From the NCBI GenBank assembly GCA_045656925.1, contig JAZOSC010000030.1, forward strand, positions 1-33,481: DNA of 33,481 nucleotides. The letters run 5' to 3'. The notes below the pieces were generated by a model. The model was not told the DNA's origin, did no database searches, and saw only the letters and a program-made list of their open reading frames with translations. Shown piece by piece: positions 16,557-25,848 of this stretch. Each line of letters begins with the position of its first letter. Position 1 is the stretch's first letter. Position numbers and translations under genes: made by a program. This stretch comes from Eubacteriales bacterium (GTDB lineage: Bacteria > Bacillota > Clostridia > Oscillospirales > CAG-272).

Positions 16557-18503
16557 ATGGCCGTTATCAGCATATCGGATATTACAGTATCCTTCGGTAC
16601 GCGTGTCGTGCTTGACCGCGTGGGCTTTTCGCTTGAGGAAGGTGACCATCTTGGCATTATTGGTGTAAACGGCTGTGGTAAAAGCACCCTTCTCAAGGTC
16701 ATTACGGGCGAGCTTACGCCTGACGATGGCCAGGTCTTTATCGGGCGCGGCAAAAGCGTCGGTCTGCTCCGTCAGGACGATGCCTTTGAGGTTGACCTTA
16801 CGGCAGGTGACAGTCCCCTCTCGCAGATGATTGCCGCCTTCCCCGAGCTGCTTGCGGCAGAGGCGGAGCTTGCCGAATTGGAGAGGGCGTTGCACACACG
16901 CGAAAATGAGGCAGGCAGTGCCGCATACGCATCGCTCACTGCCGCATACACCGAAAAAAACGCACGGTTTATTGAAAACGGCGGTCTGGAATTCCGCGGG
17001 CGTGCCGCATCCGTCCTGCAACGCATGGGCTTTGATGCGGAAATGGCCTCACGCCCGCTTTCCACCCTATCGGGCGGCCAGCGGACACGCCTGGCACTTG
17101 CCCGTCAGCTTGTAAGAGAGCCTGATATTCTCCTGCTTGACGAGCCTACGAACCACCTTGATATTGATACCCTCTACTGGCTTGAAAATTTTCTTTCCCA
17201 ATATAAAAAATGCGTGCTTGTCATCTCACACGACCGCTATTTTCTTGACCGTGTAACAGGCAAAACGCTGGTTCTTGAGCACGCGCGTGCCACACTCTAT
17301 CACGGTGGCTACACCGCCTCGGCGGAAAAGCGCCGCATTGACCGCGAGATTGCCGCACGCCATTACAAGAATCAACAACGCGAAATTGCCAGACAAGAGG
17401 CATATATCGCGCAGCAACGCGCCTGGAACCGCGAAAGAAATATCATTGCCGCAGAATCCCGTCTGAAGCTGCTTTCCAAGATGGAGCGCGTGGAGCGCCC
17501 GCAGGACGCCCCCCGTGCCATCCGCATGAGCTTTAAAGAGGCAGGAGAAAGCGGAAACGAGGTGCTTTGGGCGCGTGGTCTGTCCATGGCCTTTGGCACA
17601 ACCCGCCTGTTTCATGATATAAGCTTTTTGGTAAAGAAAAAGGAACGGGTGTTCATTACGGGCCCGAACGGGTGTGGAAAATCTACACTTTTAAAAATTA
17701 TTCTGGGCCGCCTCAAGCCCAATCAAGGGCGCGTGGAAATGGGCTATAATGTAGAAATCGGCTACTACGATCAGGAAAATCAGAACCTGACGCCCGAAAA
17801 CACTGTGCTTGACGAGCTGTGGAATGCCTACCCGAATCTGACCGAAACAGACGTCAGAAGCGCGCTTGCCCTTTTCCGCTTTGTCGGCGATGATGTTTTC
17901 CGTACCGTTGCCGTGCTTTCAGGCGGTGAACGCGCAAGGCTTACGCTTGCCAAGCTGATGCTCTCCCACGTCAATCTCCTCGTGCTTGACGAGCCGACCA
18001 ACCATCTTGACATCGACTCACGCGAGGCACTTGAGGAAGCGCTTGCCGCATTTGACGGCACGGTGCTTGCCGTTTCGCACGACCGCTACTTTATGGATAA
18101 GCTTGCCACGCGTATACTGGGGCTTTGCCCCCATACCGGTGACGGCGACCTGCTTGACCTGACAGTAACCCGCGAGGGGCAAGGATACAGTGAGTATCTG
18201 GCTTTCCGCGAGAGCCGTGCCGCACATACAGCGGACGAGCCCACCAAGGCAGCAGCACCGATAAGCGCAGGCAAGGCAGATTACCTTGCGCGCAAGCAAA
18301 GCGCCGCAGAGGAGCGCAAGGCAAGGGCACGCACCGAGCGTCTTCGCAAGGAAGCTGAAGCACTGGAAAGCGAGCTTGCCGCCATTGACGAGGAATTATT
18401 CGGCTCTGCCTCCTCCGACTACACGCGCGCCGCAGAATTGGATGCGAGAAAAACAGCAGCAGAGGAAAGACTGCTTGAAATTTACGAGGAAATCGGCGTG
18501 TAA
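16557..18503 (+). CDS. ABC-F family ATPase (Uup/YdiF-like translation factor), no transmembrane domain
   Basis: Two ABC cassettes (GVNGCGKST/LSGGQRTR/LLLDEPTNHLD and GPNGCGKST/LSGGERAR/LVLDEPTNHLD), a basic inter-domain linker and a C-terminal coiled-coil tail. MAVISISD start after a GGGGGAAAA SD. Confidence 0.9.
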   Translation: MAVISISDITVSFGTRVVLDRVGFSLEEGDHLGIIGVNGCGKSTLLKVITGELTPDDGQVFIGRGKSVGLLRQDDAFEVDLTAGDSPLSQMIAAFPELLAAEAELAELERALHTRENEAGSAAYASLTAAYTEKNARFIENGGLEFRGRAASVLQRMGFDAEMASRPLSTLSGGQRTRLALARQLVREPDILLLDEPTNHLDIDTLYWLENFLSQYKKCVLVISHDRYFLDRVTGKTLVLEHARATLYHGGYTASAEKRRIDREIAARHYKNQQREIARQEAYIAQQRAWNRERNIIAAESRLKLLSKMERVERPQDAPRAIRMSFKEAGESGNEVLWARGLSMAFGTTRLFHDISFLVKKKERVFITGPNGCGKSTLLKIILGRLKPNQGRVEMGYNVEIGYYDQENQNLTPENTVLDELWNAYPNLTETDVRSALALFRFVGDDVFRTVAVLSGGERARLTLAKLMLSHVNLLVLDEPTNHLDIDSREALEEALAAFDGTVLAVSHDRYFMDKLATRILGLCPHTGDGDLLDLTVTREGQGYSEYLAFRESRAAHTADEPTKAAAPISAGKADYLARKQSAAEERKARARTERLRKEAEALESELAAIDEELFGSASSDYTRAAELDARKTAAEERLLEIYEEIGV

Positions 18504-18555
18504 GTGCCCTTTCCACACAATACGGGCCCTGCAATAGCCCGGTGTGCGGATACAG

Positions 18556-18607
18556 AAAACCCCCACAGGACAGGACCAAGCGCGCCTCCCCGTGGGGGTT
18601 TATTTCT
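18556..18607. terminator. Hairpin terminator between the convergent ABC-F and serine hydrolase genes
   Basis: AAAACCCCCAC ... GTGGGGGTT stem with an internal loop, followed by TATTTCT. Confidence 0.6.
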
Positions 18608-18615
18608 CATATGAA

Positions 18616-19755
18616 TTATGCCTGCAGACAGGTGTAAATCAAATTACGCAGATGCGGATGGAGCATCTGATAGCCATAGGTGAAATGACGGATATTCATA
18701 CCAAGCATCGCTGACACGCGGTTGACAGGATCGATCAGGCAGAAACAATTGGCCGCGCCATCCCAGCCAAATTCGCCCTTGGGCGCAAGTGAAAGCGAGG
18801 AGGCGGGATCGATATGCAGGCGGCCGCAAAGCCCCCAGCTGTACCCGAAAAAGCGCGTTGGCCATCTCACCTGCATGCCCACCTTGCCGCCGGGGGATAA
18901 AATATCCGTCGTGCTGATTTGCCTGATGGTTTCAGGCTTTAACAGCACATACCCCTCCTCGCTCTTGCCGTTAGCAATGGCAGCAAGAAATTTGCTGTAT
19001 GTCGCAACGGTTGAAAAAAGTCCAGCACCGCCGCTTTCGTAATTGGGCGAAAGAATATACTCGTTGATGCCCGAGCAGGTCGTCAGCACACGTGTCGTTA
19101 CGTCATAGTCATACATCTGGGTAAAGCGCGCCTTCTGCTCCTCCGTCGGAACAAAGCCAATGTCAGTCAGCCCAAGCGGCTTGATGATAATTTCCGAAAG
19201 ATACGCACTAAAGGACATACCTGCCACCACCTCAATCACTGCGGCCAGCACGTCGTGACAAAGACTATACACATAAAACGTGCCCGGCTCAAAGAGAAGG
19301 GGCTTTTCCGCCATCGCAGCCACAATCTCACGCGTATTGCCGCCTGCCGCAGCTGCGGCACGGATAGCAGGCACATCCAGGTCATAATCCAGACCGCCCA
19401 TCATGCCAAAAAGATGCGCCACCGTCAGCACCTCACGTGCATCGCGCACCTCGCCCGTTTCCTTATCCTTCACCTTCAGCCTTGCATATTCGGGCAGATA
19501 ACGACTGACGGGATCCGTAAGCGCAAGCTTACCCTCCTCCACAAGGCGCATGGCAGCAATACAGGTCATTACCTTGGTGCAGGAAAAAATCCAACGGAGA
19601 TCAGACTTTGACGAGGGCCTGGTTTTTGCAGCATCGGCATAGCCCAACGCCCGATGGTACACGGTTTCTCCGTCCTTGGTAATCGCAAGCTCTAGGGCAG
19701 GCACGTCACGTGCCGTCATCTCCTCTAAAAAAATATCCAATGCATGAAAGTTCAT
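18616..19755 (-). CDS. Serine hydrolase of the beta-lactamase (class C/esterase, PBP4*-like) family
   Basis: SxxK motif (FSCTKVMT) and overall beta-lactamase-fold layout. Start MNFHALD at 19755, 5 nt after a GGAGGGTG SD. Confidence 0.8.
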   Translation of the reverse strand: MNFHALDIFLEEMTARDVPALELAITKDGETVYHRALGYADAAKTRPSSKSDLRWIFSCTKVMTCIAAMRLVEEGKLALTDPVSRYLPEYARLKVKDKETGEVRDAREVLTVAHLFGMMGGLDYDLDVPAIRAAAAAGGNTREIVAAMAEKPLLFEPGTFYVYSLCHDVLAAVIEVVAGMSFSAYLSEIIIKPLGLTDIGFVPTEEQKARFTQMYDYDVTTRVLTTCSGINEYILSPNYESGGAGLFSTVATYSKFLAAIANGKSEEGYVLLKPETIRQISTTDILSPGGKVGMQVRWPTRFFGYSWGLCGRLHIDPASSLSLAPKGEFGWDGAANCFCLIDPVNRVSAMLGMNIRHFTYGYQMLHPHLRNLIYTCLQA

Positions 19756-19828
19756 CTTATCACCCTCCATTATTATCATACAACGCAATTATATTACATC
19801 CCACCCTAAAAGTCAAGGAAGACAAATT

Positions 19829-19856
19829 AAAAAAAGCCGCACCCGCGGCTTTTTTA
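19829..19856. terminator. Bidirectional hairpin terminator (left boundary of the AT-rich islet)
   Basis: AAAAAAAGCCGC-ACCC-GCGGCTTTTTT; it overlaps the stop codon of the 68-aa ORF. Confidence 0.8.
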
Positions 19857-20060
19857 ATACCTTGAAAACAGAAATGCCGAAATAATCAATCTTCTTCTAC
19901 AATATTCCCAATATTTCCGTTCGTCATCATCCGATCTCAAAATCTCCATATTAATGTATCTCAGCTCCCGTTTGAAGGTGGGATATTTGAGCAAAAACAC
20001 AATCAAATCAATCCACACCGCCAAGCCAAGCAGTATACCCACAAATAGCAACAGCTTCAT
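19854..20060 (-). CDS. Small single-pass membrane protein (68 aa), hypothetical
   Basis: N-terminal TM segment LLLFVGILLGLAVWIDLIVFLL, then a charged tail. GGAGAAGAAAT-ATG SD. It sits in AT-rich DNA. Confidence 0.55.
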   Translation of the reverse strand: MKLLLFVGILLGLAVWIDLIVFLLKYPTFKRELRYINMEILRSDDDERKYWEYCRRRLIISAFLFSRY

Positions 20061-20191
20061 ATTTCTTCTCCTTCAAAGCGTTGCGTCAATTATACACAAT
20101 TCTACACCTTTTGTCAAGCATTAATATCATAAATGGTAATTATAATTGCAGTGAAATTATGTACAATAATAAAAAAAGGGGGTACGTATAT

Positions 20192-20491
20192 ATGATTTAC
20201 AGGATTTCGGATCGTATCAAATATTTAAGGGATAAGGCAGGCTTGAAGCAAATAGACCTGGCAAAGCGCCTTGGCATTTCACGTAGCGCTGTCAATTCCT
20301 GGGAAATGTCACTTTCGCTTCCTTCTATCGCAAATGTAATCGCCCTTGCAAAAATCTTTCACGTTTCTGCAGACTACCTGCTTTCTCTCACCAATGACAT
20401 CAACGTAGATATCTCCCCACTTTCCGACGAGGAACGCGCATTGGTGATACGTCTTGTGGACTGCTTGACCAAAAAACGAACGACATCATAA
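20192..20491 (+). CDS. XRE-family helix-turn-helix transcriptional regulator (99 aa)
   Basis: RIKYLRDKAGLKQIDLAKRLGISRSAVNSWEMSLSLPSIANVIALAKIFHVSADYLL. The ATG at 20192 follows an AAGGGGG SD; the listed 20081 start is upstream read-through. Confidence 0.85.
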   Translation: MIYRISDRIKYLRDKAGLKQIDLAKRLGISRSAVNSWEMSLSLPSIANVIALAKIFHVSADYLLSLTNDINVDISPLSDEERALVIRLVDCLTKKRTTS

Positions 20492-20518
20492 AAAGCCGCA
20501 CACCGTGCGGCTTTTTTG
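20491..20518. terminator. Bidirectional hairpin terminator (right boundary of the AT-rich islet)
   Basis: AAAAAGCCGCAC-ACC-GTGCGGCTTTTTT, nearly identical in its arms to the hairpin at 19829-19856. Confidence 0.85.
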
Positions 20519-20866
20519 TTACAAAACGGTTTTGGTGGCAACTACGTCAGTCCCGAATACATCGGCAAGGATAACCGTACCCGCCTCAATGGGGGCATTC
20601 ACGACAGTTGCACGGATTTTCTTCATCACCTCAGCAATATGCTCCTTTGGAACGGGTGCTGCGGTTTTCACGCTGACCATCATATCCTCGCGATTGGAAA
20701 CACGCACGGTAGAGGTTACGGTACGCATCGGGTGCGTACATTCAGCAATCGCATACTGCTGACCTCTTGGACAGGCATTACCCGTCGCGGTAAGCGCATC
20801 TCCCTCCCCCGACACGTGCAACGCACAGCCACGGGGGCAAATAATACAAGTCAAATTTCTTTCCAT
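20519..20866 (-). CDS. DUF1667 domain protein (Cys-rich small subunit of the glycerol-3-phosphate dehydrogenase-like complex)
   Basis: LTCIICPRGCALHV..GNACPRGQQYA is the DUF1667 pattern. The start overlaps the upstream stop (TGATG). Confidence 0.8.
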   Translation of the reverse strand: MERNLTCIICPRGCALHVSGEGDALTATGNACPRGQQYAIAECTHPMRTVTSTVRVSNREDMMVSVKTAAPVPKEHIAEVMKKIRATVVNAPIEAGTVILADVFGTDVVATKTVL

Positions 20867-22113
20867 CAAAGCACCTCCAGCGAAACGGTAATCGGCTCTG
20901 TTACCGTTTTCAGCTTCTCGCCCTTTACCGTAAGCCTTTCCATCTCACCCGGAACGACCTTCAGGCGTTGGGCTGTAGCAAGCACCTGCTCCCCCGACTT
21001 TACAGTCAGGCGCACGCGGCCAAGCGGCTCACTCACACGCATAAACAGTGCAAGCTCCGTATCCGTCGCGGTATGCACGCGCTGGGGAATCACATAGCGC
21101 ACACCCTCGCCTGCTTTCGTTTCCACTGTTCCACCCGCAAGGCTGCCATTTCTGACAAAATCGGCTGCACCGATGCCTGCGATCTCAGCCTCATCTGAAA
21201 CGTAATCAACAAGATCATGCACCTGCAACACGTTGCCGCAGGCGAAAATACCCGCCACAGCAGTTTGGCGATTCTCATCCACCGATGCGCCCGACGTCAC
21301 GGGATCAATGGGAATACCTGCGCCGCGCGTCAGCTCATTTTCGGGAATCAGACCACAGGAAAGCAGGAGCGTATCACAGGGAATGTAACGCTTGGTTTCC
21401 TCCCTTATCCGCCGTTTTTCGTCAACCTCGGCAATCGTAACACCCGTAACACGCTCCTTGCCGTGAATCTCGGCCACGGTGGTGGAGAGATATAGCGGAA
21501 TATCATAATCCTCAAGACACTGTACGATATTACGTGTCAGACCGCCCGAATAGGGCATAATCTCGCAAACCGCCTCTACCCTGGCACCCTCAAGGGACAA
21601 CCGACGTGCCATAATCAGACCAATATCCCCAGAGCCGAGAATCACCGCACGGCGACCGACCATATAGCCATCACAGTTCATAAGCTTTTGCGCTGTACCT
21701 GCGCTATACACGCCCGCGGGACGGGTGCCGCTGATGTTCAGCGCACCGCGGCTGCGCTCACGGCAGCCCATGGCAAGCACCACGGCCCCTGCCCTGATTT
21801 TCAGGACACCCTTCCGATTTCTCGCGGTGATAACACGGTCGGGGGAAATCGCAGTAACAGTGGTTTCCAACAGCACCCTGATGCCGCGCTTTTCCACCTC
21901 ACTGCGATACACGTCTGCATATTCGGGCCCTGTCAGCTCACACCCAAGCTTATGCAGGCCAAAGCCGTTATGAATACATTGACGAAGAATTCCTCCCAAG
22001 CTGTCCTCGCGGTCAAGAATCACGACGTCGGTAACACCCGCATCATAGGCGGCAACTGCAGCCGCCATGCCCGCAGGGCCGCCGCCTATCACAACAATAT
22101 CATGTGCGACCAT
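20866..22113 (-). CDS. NAD(P)/FAD-dependent pyridine nucleotide-disulfide oxidoreductase (middle gene of the operon)
   Basis: Two dinucleotide-binding motifs (IVVIGGGPAGMAAA and AVILGSGDIGL). Start MVAHD at 22113 after a GGGAGGG SD. Confidence 0.8.
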   Translation of the reverse strand: MVAHDIVVIGGGPAGMAAAVAAYDAGVTDVVILDREDSLGGILRQCIHNGFGLHKLGCELTGPEYADVYRSEVEKRGIRVLLETTVTAISPDRVITARNRKGVLKIRAGAVVLAMGCRERSRGALNISGTRPAGVYSAGTAQKLMNCDGYMVGRRAVILGSGDIGLIMARRLSLEGARVEAVCEIMPYSGGLTRNIVQCLEDYDIPLYLSTTVAEIHGKERVTGVTIAEVDEKRRIREETKRYIPCDTLLLSCGLIPENELTRGAGIPIDPVTSGASVDENRQTAVAGIFACGNVLQVHDLVDYVSDEAEIAGIGAADFVRNGSLAGGTVETKAGEGVRYVIPQRVHTATDTELALFMRVSEPLGRVRLTVKSGEQVLATAQRLKVVPGEMERLTVKGEKLKTVTEPITVSLEVL

Positions 22114-22126
22114 TGCTATACCCTCC

Positions 22127-23560
22127 CTACAGCCTTTCAAGCAGTTGATAGGAGCCTTCTCCCTTTTTGGTAACACGCTCCATCGGCACACCTGTTTCCT
22201 CTGCAATCAGGCGCATCACGTAGGGCATACAAAAGCCGCCCTGACATCTGCCCATTCCCGACCGCGTGCGGCGCTTCACACCATCCAGATCACGTGCAGG
22301 GGGATTGCGGCGAATAGCATCGCGTATCTCACCCTCGGAAACGGTTTCACAACGGCAGACAATTTTTCCGTATGCAGGGTGTGCCTTGATATAGGCATCC
22401 TTTTCGTCATCACTCATTTCACGGAAGATATAGGAGCTTTCGCGGTAGGGGTTAAAGTCAGCTTTTTCCACAGTGTGCAGCCCCATCGCACGCAAAAGCT
22501 CAATAGCATAATCGGCAATTGCCACGCAGGCAGTCAGGCCGGGAGAATCAATGCCCGCCACGTGAAGCATACCCTTGACGCTCCGTGCAGGCTCAATGAT
22601 AAAATCGCCGCCCTTTTCCGAGGCACGCACACCCGAAAAGCCGGTAATCACGTGGCGGACGTTCACCGATGGCACGCTTTTGGCGGCCAGACGGGCAACC
22701 GTATCAAGCCCCTCTTGTGTCGTTTCGGTACAATCAGGTGCCTCCACCCGAACAGCCGTTGGCCCTATCAGCAGATTCCCATCAACCGTGGGGGTAACCA
22801 AAACGCCCTTGCCGCTTGGCCCCGGCACCTGAAAGATAGTATGCGATACGCGCGCACCCTCATTTTTATCAAGCAGCATATATTCACCCGCACGGGGAAT
22901 GACGGTAAAGAAATCGTCACCCACCATCGCCGCAATACGGTCAGCATATGCGCCGGCGCAATTCACCACGTAAGCAGCCTCCACGCTCTCGCCGTTTTCT
23001 GTGCTTACAGTAAAGCCCTTATCGGTTTTCCTGATTGTGGAAACTGCAAAATTCACCTTAAGCGCCACGCCGTTATCCATCGCATTACCGATGGCGGCAA
23101 CGGTCAGCTCATAGGGACAGATAATCCCCGCATTGGTAACGTGCAACACCATCGAAACCTGCTCTGAAAGCGCAGGCTCCAGTGCTCTTGCCTCATCACC
23201 CGTCAGAATTTCAAGCCCCCTGACACCGTTTGCAAGACCGCGCTCATAAAGCTTGCGAACCGCCGCCTCCTCCGCAGGCGTGCCGAAGGCACAAATCAAG
23301 GAGCCGTTTTTACGGTAGGACGCGTGCAGCTCATCGGCAACGTGATAAAGCCTCTCTACACCCGTGACGTTCAGCCTTGCCTTCAGGGTGCCGGGGGTAG
23401 GATCATAGCCACCGTGCACGATGCCGCTGTTTGCCTTGGTTGCCCCCACTGCAACATCATTTTCCTTTTCAAGCAGGCAAACTGACAGCCGATAACGCGA
23501 AAGCTGTCTTGCTAGCATACCGCCAATGACACCGCCGCCGATAATTGCAACATCAAACAT
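22127..23560 (-). CDS. FAD-dependent glycerol-3-phosphate dehydrogenase/oxidase-like protein with BFD-like [2Fe-2S] domain
   Basis: MFDVAIIGGGVIGGMLARQL..ANSGIVHGGYD is a DAO-family N-terminus, and C-terminal CRCETVSEGEIRDAI..RCQGGFC is the BFD-like motif. The three-gene arrangement is typical of clostridial GlpA-like operons. Confidence 0.8.
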   Translation of the reverse strand: MFDVAIIGGGVIGGMLARQLSRYRLSVCLLEKENDVAVGATKANSGIVHGGYDPTPGTLKARLNVTGVERLYHVADELHASYRKNGSLICAFGTPAEEAAVRKLYERGLANGVRGLEILTGDEARALEPALSEQVSMVLHVTNAGIICPYELTVAAIGNAMDNGVALKVNFAVSTIRKTDKGFTVSTENGESVEAAYVVNCAGAYADRIAAMVGDDFFTVIPRAGEYMLLDKNEGARVSHTIFQVPGPSGKGVLVTPTVDGNLLIGPTAVRVEAPDCTETTQEGLDTVARLAAKSVPSVNVRHVITGFSGVRASEKGGDFIIEPARSVKGMLHVAGIDSPGLTACVAIADYAIELLRAMGLHTVEKADFNPYRESSYIFREMSDDEKDAYIKAHPAYGKIVCRCETVSEGEIRDAIRRNPPARDLDGVKRRTRSGMGRCQGGFCMPYVMRLIAEETGVPMERVTKKGEGSYQLLERL

Positions 23561-23612
23561 CTTAAATCCCTCTCAAAACGGTTTATTCAAATTTCAAGCT
23601 TAATCAGAATAA

Positions 23613-23664
23613 CGCAAAAAAGATGCATAGGTACACCTGTTGAAAAGGGGTATACGCCTGCATC
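23613..23664 (-). terminator. Intrinsic terminator inside the 5' leader of the G3P dehydrogenase operon (attenuator candidate)
   Basis: - strand RNA GAUGCAGGCGUAUACC..(loop)..GGUGUACCUAUGCAUC followed by UUUUUUG. It lies between the consensus promoter and the ATG at 23560. Confidence 0.6.
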
Positions 23665-23694
23665 TCCAAAGCTACAAAGTCCCACAGCCTCTAC

Positions 23695-23723
23695 ATTATA
23701 TATCAGTAGTTTTGGCTTGTCAA
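23695..23723 (-). promoter_or_regulatory. Consensus sigma-A promoter of the G3P dehydrogenase-like operon
   Basis: On the - strand: TTGACA, a 17 nt spacer, then TATAAT, exact. Confidence 0.7.
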
Positions 23724-23737
23724 GTCACTTTCAACAA

Positions 23738-23766
23738 AGAAAAAACTTCCCAAAAACGGGAAGCTT
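23738..23766 (-). terminator. Terminator of the PHP-domain gene
   Basis: - strand CTTCCCG-TTTT-TGGGAAG followed by TTTTTTC. Confidence 0.75.
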
Positions 23767-23773
23767 TCTCTTA

Positions 23774-24656
23774 TCAGACAAGAATCGGATGGCTCCATGC
23801 GGTACCGCCTGCAGCATCGGTTACAGCGACGCGCACGAAGCGCTCGTAATCACAAATCTTATAGGAAGCGTGTGTCATTCCCTCTCCCTCTATCACGCGA
23901 CCTGCGGTTATCACGTTGTTGGTGAAAAATTCCACACGTGAAACGGGGGTGCAGGAAACAATTATCTCATTCTCCTCACGACGCACGTGAATTTCTGGCC
24001 CCGTAGATGCATAAAAGTGACCTGCACGAATGGCCTCCCGCAGCACCGCAGGCTCGGTGCTATCAGCCTCTACCATAATAAATGCCGTGGGGGCAATCGT
24101 ATGACGCCCCTGCATACGGTGAAAATCATCTGCGGCAAAAATGGGCAGATACAGCCCTGCGGTAGCGTAAAGATCCACCAGCACCGAGGCGTCCGCACGC
24201 CCCGTCCATTTGGATACGGTATTGAAAATCTCAACGCCGTCAAGGCCTTTCAGCTTCGTCACCATATCAGGCACATTCAACGACCAGGCAGGATGTGCCA
24301 GCACGGCAAGTCCCCCTGCGGCATGAATAGCGTCAATGATGCCCTGCGCGGTTGCCCCCTCGCGGGCAAGCGTCGGCTCACGCTCTGCCAAAAGGCATAA
24401 AATATGAAAAACGCCCTCACTCGCATCACGGTAACCGACGTGATACTCACAGCCACCAAGAGAGCGAATACCGTCAAAATTTTCTGCGTAGCTGTATACC
24501 CAATGGTCGGTCACGGCAACGGCATCATAACCGTACTGACGGTACAGTGCCGCCATCTCAGTGGGAGAAAGCGCACCGTCCGAGCGTGTGGTGTGCTGAT
24601 GCACGCCCAGCTTCACACGCGTTTTACCAAAAATATCCGTATACAATAGTCCACCG
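23774..24656 (-). CDS. PHP-domain metal-dependent phosphoesterase
   Basis: VHQHTTRSDG..VAVTDHW..AHPAW..ADDFH are PHP motifs. The probable start is the TTG at 24656; the listed ORF runs through the divergent promoter region into gpsA. Confidence 0.65.
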
Positions 24657-24677
24657 CCTTTTCTCGGAATTGATTTT

Positions 24678-24705
24678 ATTATAACGAATTTTCGGCCAAA
24701 GTCAA
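24678..24705 (-). promoter_or_regulatory. Candidate sigma-A promoter of the PHP-domain gene
   Basis: On the - strand: TTGACT, a 16 nt spacer, then TATAAT. Confidence 0.55.
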
Positions 24706-24722
24706 GCAAAACAGCCAAACTC

Positions 24723-24751
24723 TTTACTTTTTTTATAATATTTGCTATAAT
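24723..24751 (+). promoter_or_regulatory. Candidate sigma-A promoter of gpsA
   Basis: TTTACT, a 17 nt spacer, then TATAAT, 30 nt upstream of the ATG. Confidence 0.55.
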
Positions 24752-24781
24752 AATGATAACACCTGTGAAAAGGAGCCTTTT

Positions 24782-25750
24782 ATGCAAATCAAACGGATAA
24801 CGGTCATCGGCTGCGGCCGTTGGGGCAGCTTTATTGCAAAGCACCTCTCCGACCTCGGCTTTACGGTTACGCTATACGGGCGTGCCACCTCCCAAAAAAT
24901 GGTGGCCCTCTTACAAAATCAGGGAAGCGCGTTGATGAAGCTACCCGATGACATCACGCTTTGCTGCGACCTGAAGGTAGCCTTACAGAATACAGACCTT
25001 ACTGTGATCTCCATCGGCGCACAGGGCCTGCGTACATTGGCAGGAGAAATGCGCGCGGCGGGATTTTCGGGCGGCACCGTGCTGCTTTGCATGAAGGGGC
25101 TTGAAATCGGCACGGGTAAGCGCCTTTCCACGGTTATCAGGGAAGAGCTTGGCGAGCATATCAGCGTGGCCGTCTGGCTTGGCCCCGGACACGTGCAGGA
25201 TTTTTGTCGGGGTATCCCCAACTGCATGGTGATTGACAGCGATAATGCAGAAGTCAAGCAGCTGTTGGTGAGCACACTGGCAAGCCCCCTCATTCGCTTT
25301 TATTACGGACAGGACCTGATTGGCAATGAAATCGGTGCTGCCGCCAAAAACGTAATCGGTATTGCCGCAGGCATGCTTGACGGGCTGGGCCTTTCCCCCC
25401 TGAAGGGCGCGTTGATGTCCCGTGGCACACGCGAAATTGCAAGGCTGATTGAGGCACTTGGCGGCTGTGGGCTTTCTGCCTACGGGCTTTGCCATCTGGG
25501 CGACTACGAGGCAACGGTTTTTTCACCCCACAGTCACAACCGCGGCTTTGGCGAGGCGTTTGTCAAGGGGCAGCCCTTTACTGATCTTGCCGAGGGCTAC
25601 TACACTGTGCAGGCGCTGGTCACGCTGGCTGACGCAACAGGCGTTGACCTGCCCATTTGCCGTACCGTGCAGGCAGTTCTTTACCAAAACGCGTCGGCAA
25701 GAGAAGCGCTTTCCGCCCTCTTTGCACGCAGCCTGAAAAACGAATTTTAA
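24782..25750 (+). CDS. gpsA: NAD(P)H-dependent glycerol-3-phosphate dehydrogenase
   Basis: ITVIGCGRWGSFIA Rossmann N-terminus, plus GAAAKNVIGIAAGM and GLCHLGD..T blocks typical of GpsA. Confidence 0.88.
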   Translation: MQIKRITVIGCGRWGSFIAKHLSDLGFTVTLYGRATSQKMVALLQNQGSALMKLPDDITLCCDLKVALQNTDLTVISIGAQGLRTLAGEMRAAGFSGGTVLLCMKGLEIGTGKRLSTVIREELGEHISVAVWLGPGHVQDFCRGIPNCMVIDSDNAEVKQLLVSTLASPLIRFYYGQDLIGNEIGAAAKNVIGIAAGMLDGLGLSPLKGALMSRGTREIARLIEALGGCGLSAYGLCHLGDYEATVFSPHSHNRGFGEAFVKGQPFTDLAEGYYTVQALVTLADATGVDLPICRTVQAVLYQNASAREALSALFARSLKNEF

Positions 25751-25751
25751 C

Positions 25752-25783
25752 AAAAGGCGGTAGCTGTACAGCTACCGCCTTTT
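25752..25783. terminator. Bidirectional terminator after gpsA and after the phage-like operon
   Basis: AAAA-GGCGGTAGCTG-TA-CAGCTACCGCC-TTTT. A second hairpin, GAGGGGaCGG-AATTG-CCGcCCCCTC plus TTTTTATTT, follows at about 25817-25851. Confidence 0.85.
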
Positions 25784-25848
25784 ACGCACCGTCATGCTAT
25801 AACGCAGTGCTGACAGAGGGGACGGAATTGCCGCCCCCTCCTTTTTAT

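Noticed and set aside
22067-23167. 366-aa ORF on the + strand
   Set aside because: It is antisense to the well-supported FAD-dependent G3P dehydrogenase gene, and its composition is typical of a shadow frame.
9608-24656. Three PHP-fold phosphoesterases (9608-10315, 12984-13808, 23774-24656) as a functional system
   Set aside because: They are separated by unrelated core operons, have different subfamily motif patterns and independent promoters. This is most likely coincidence.
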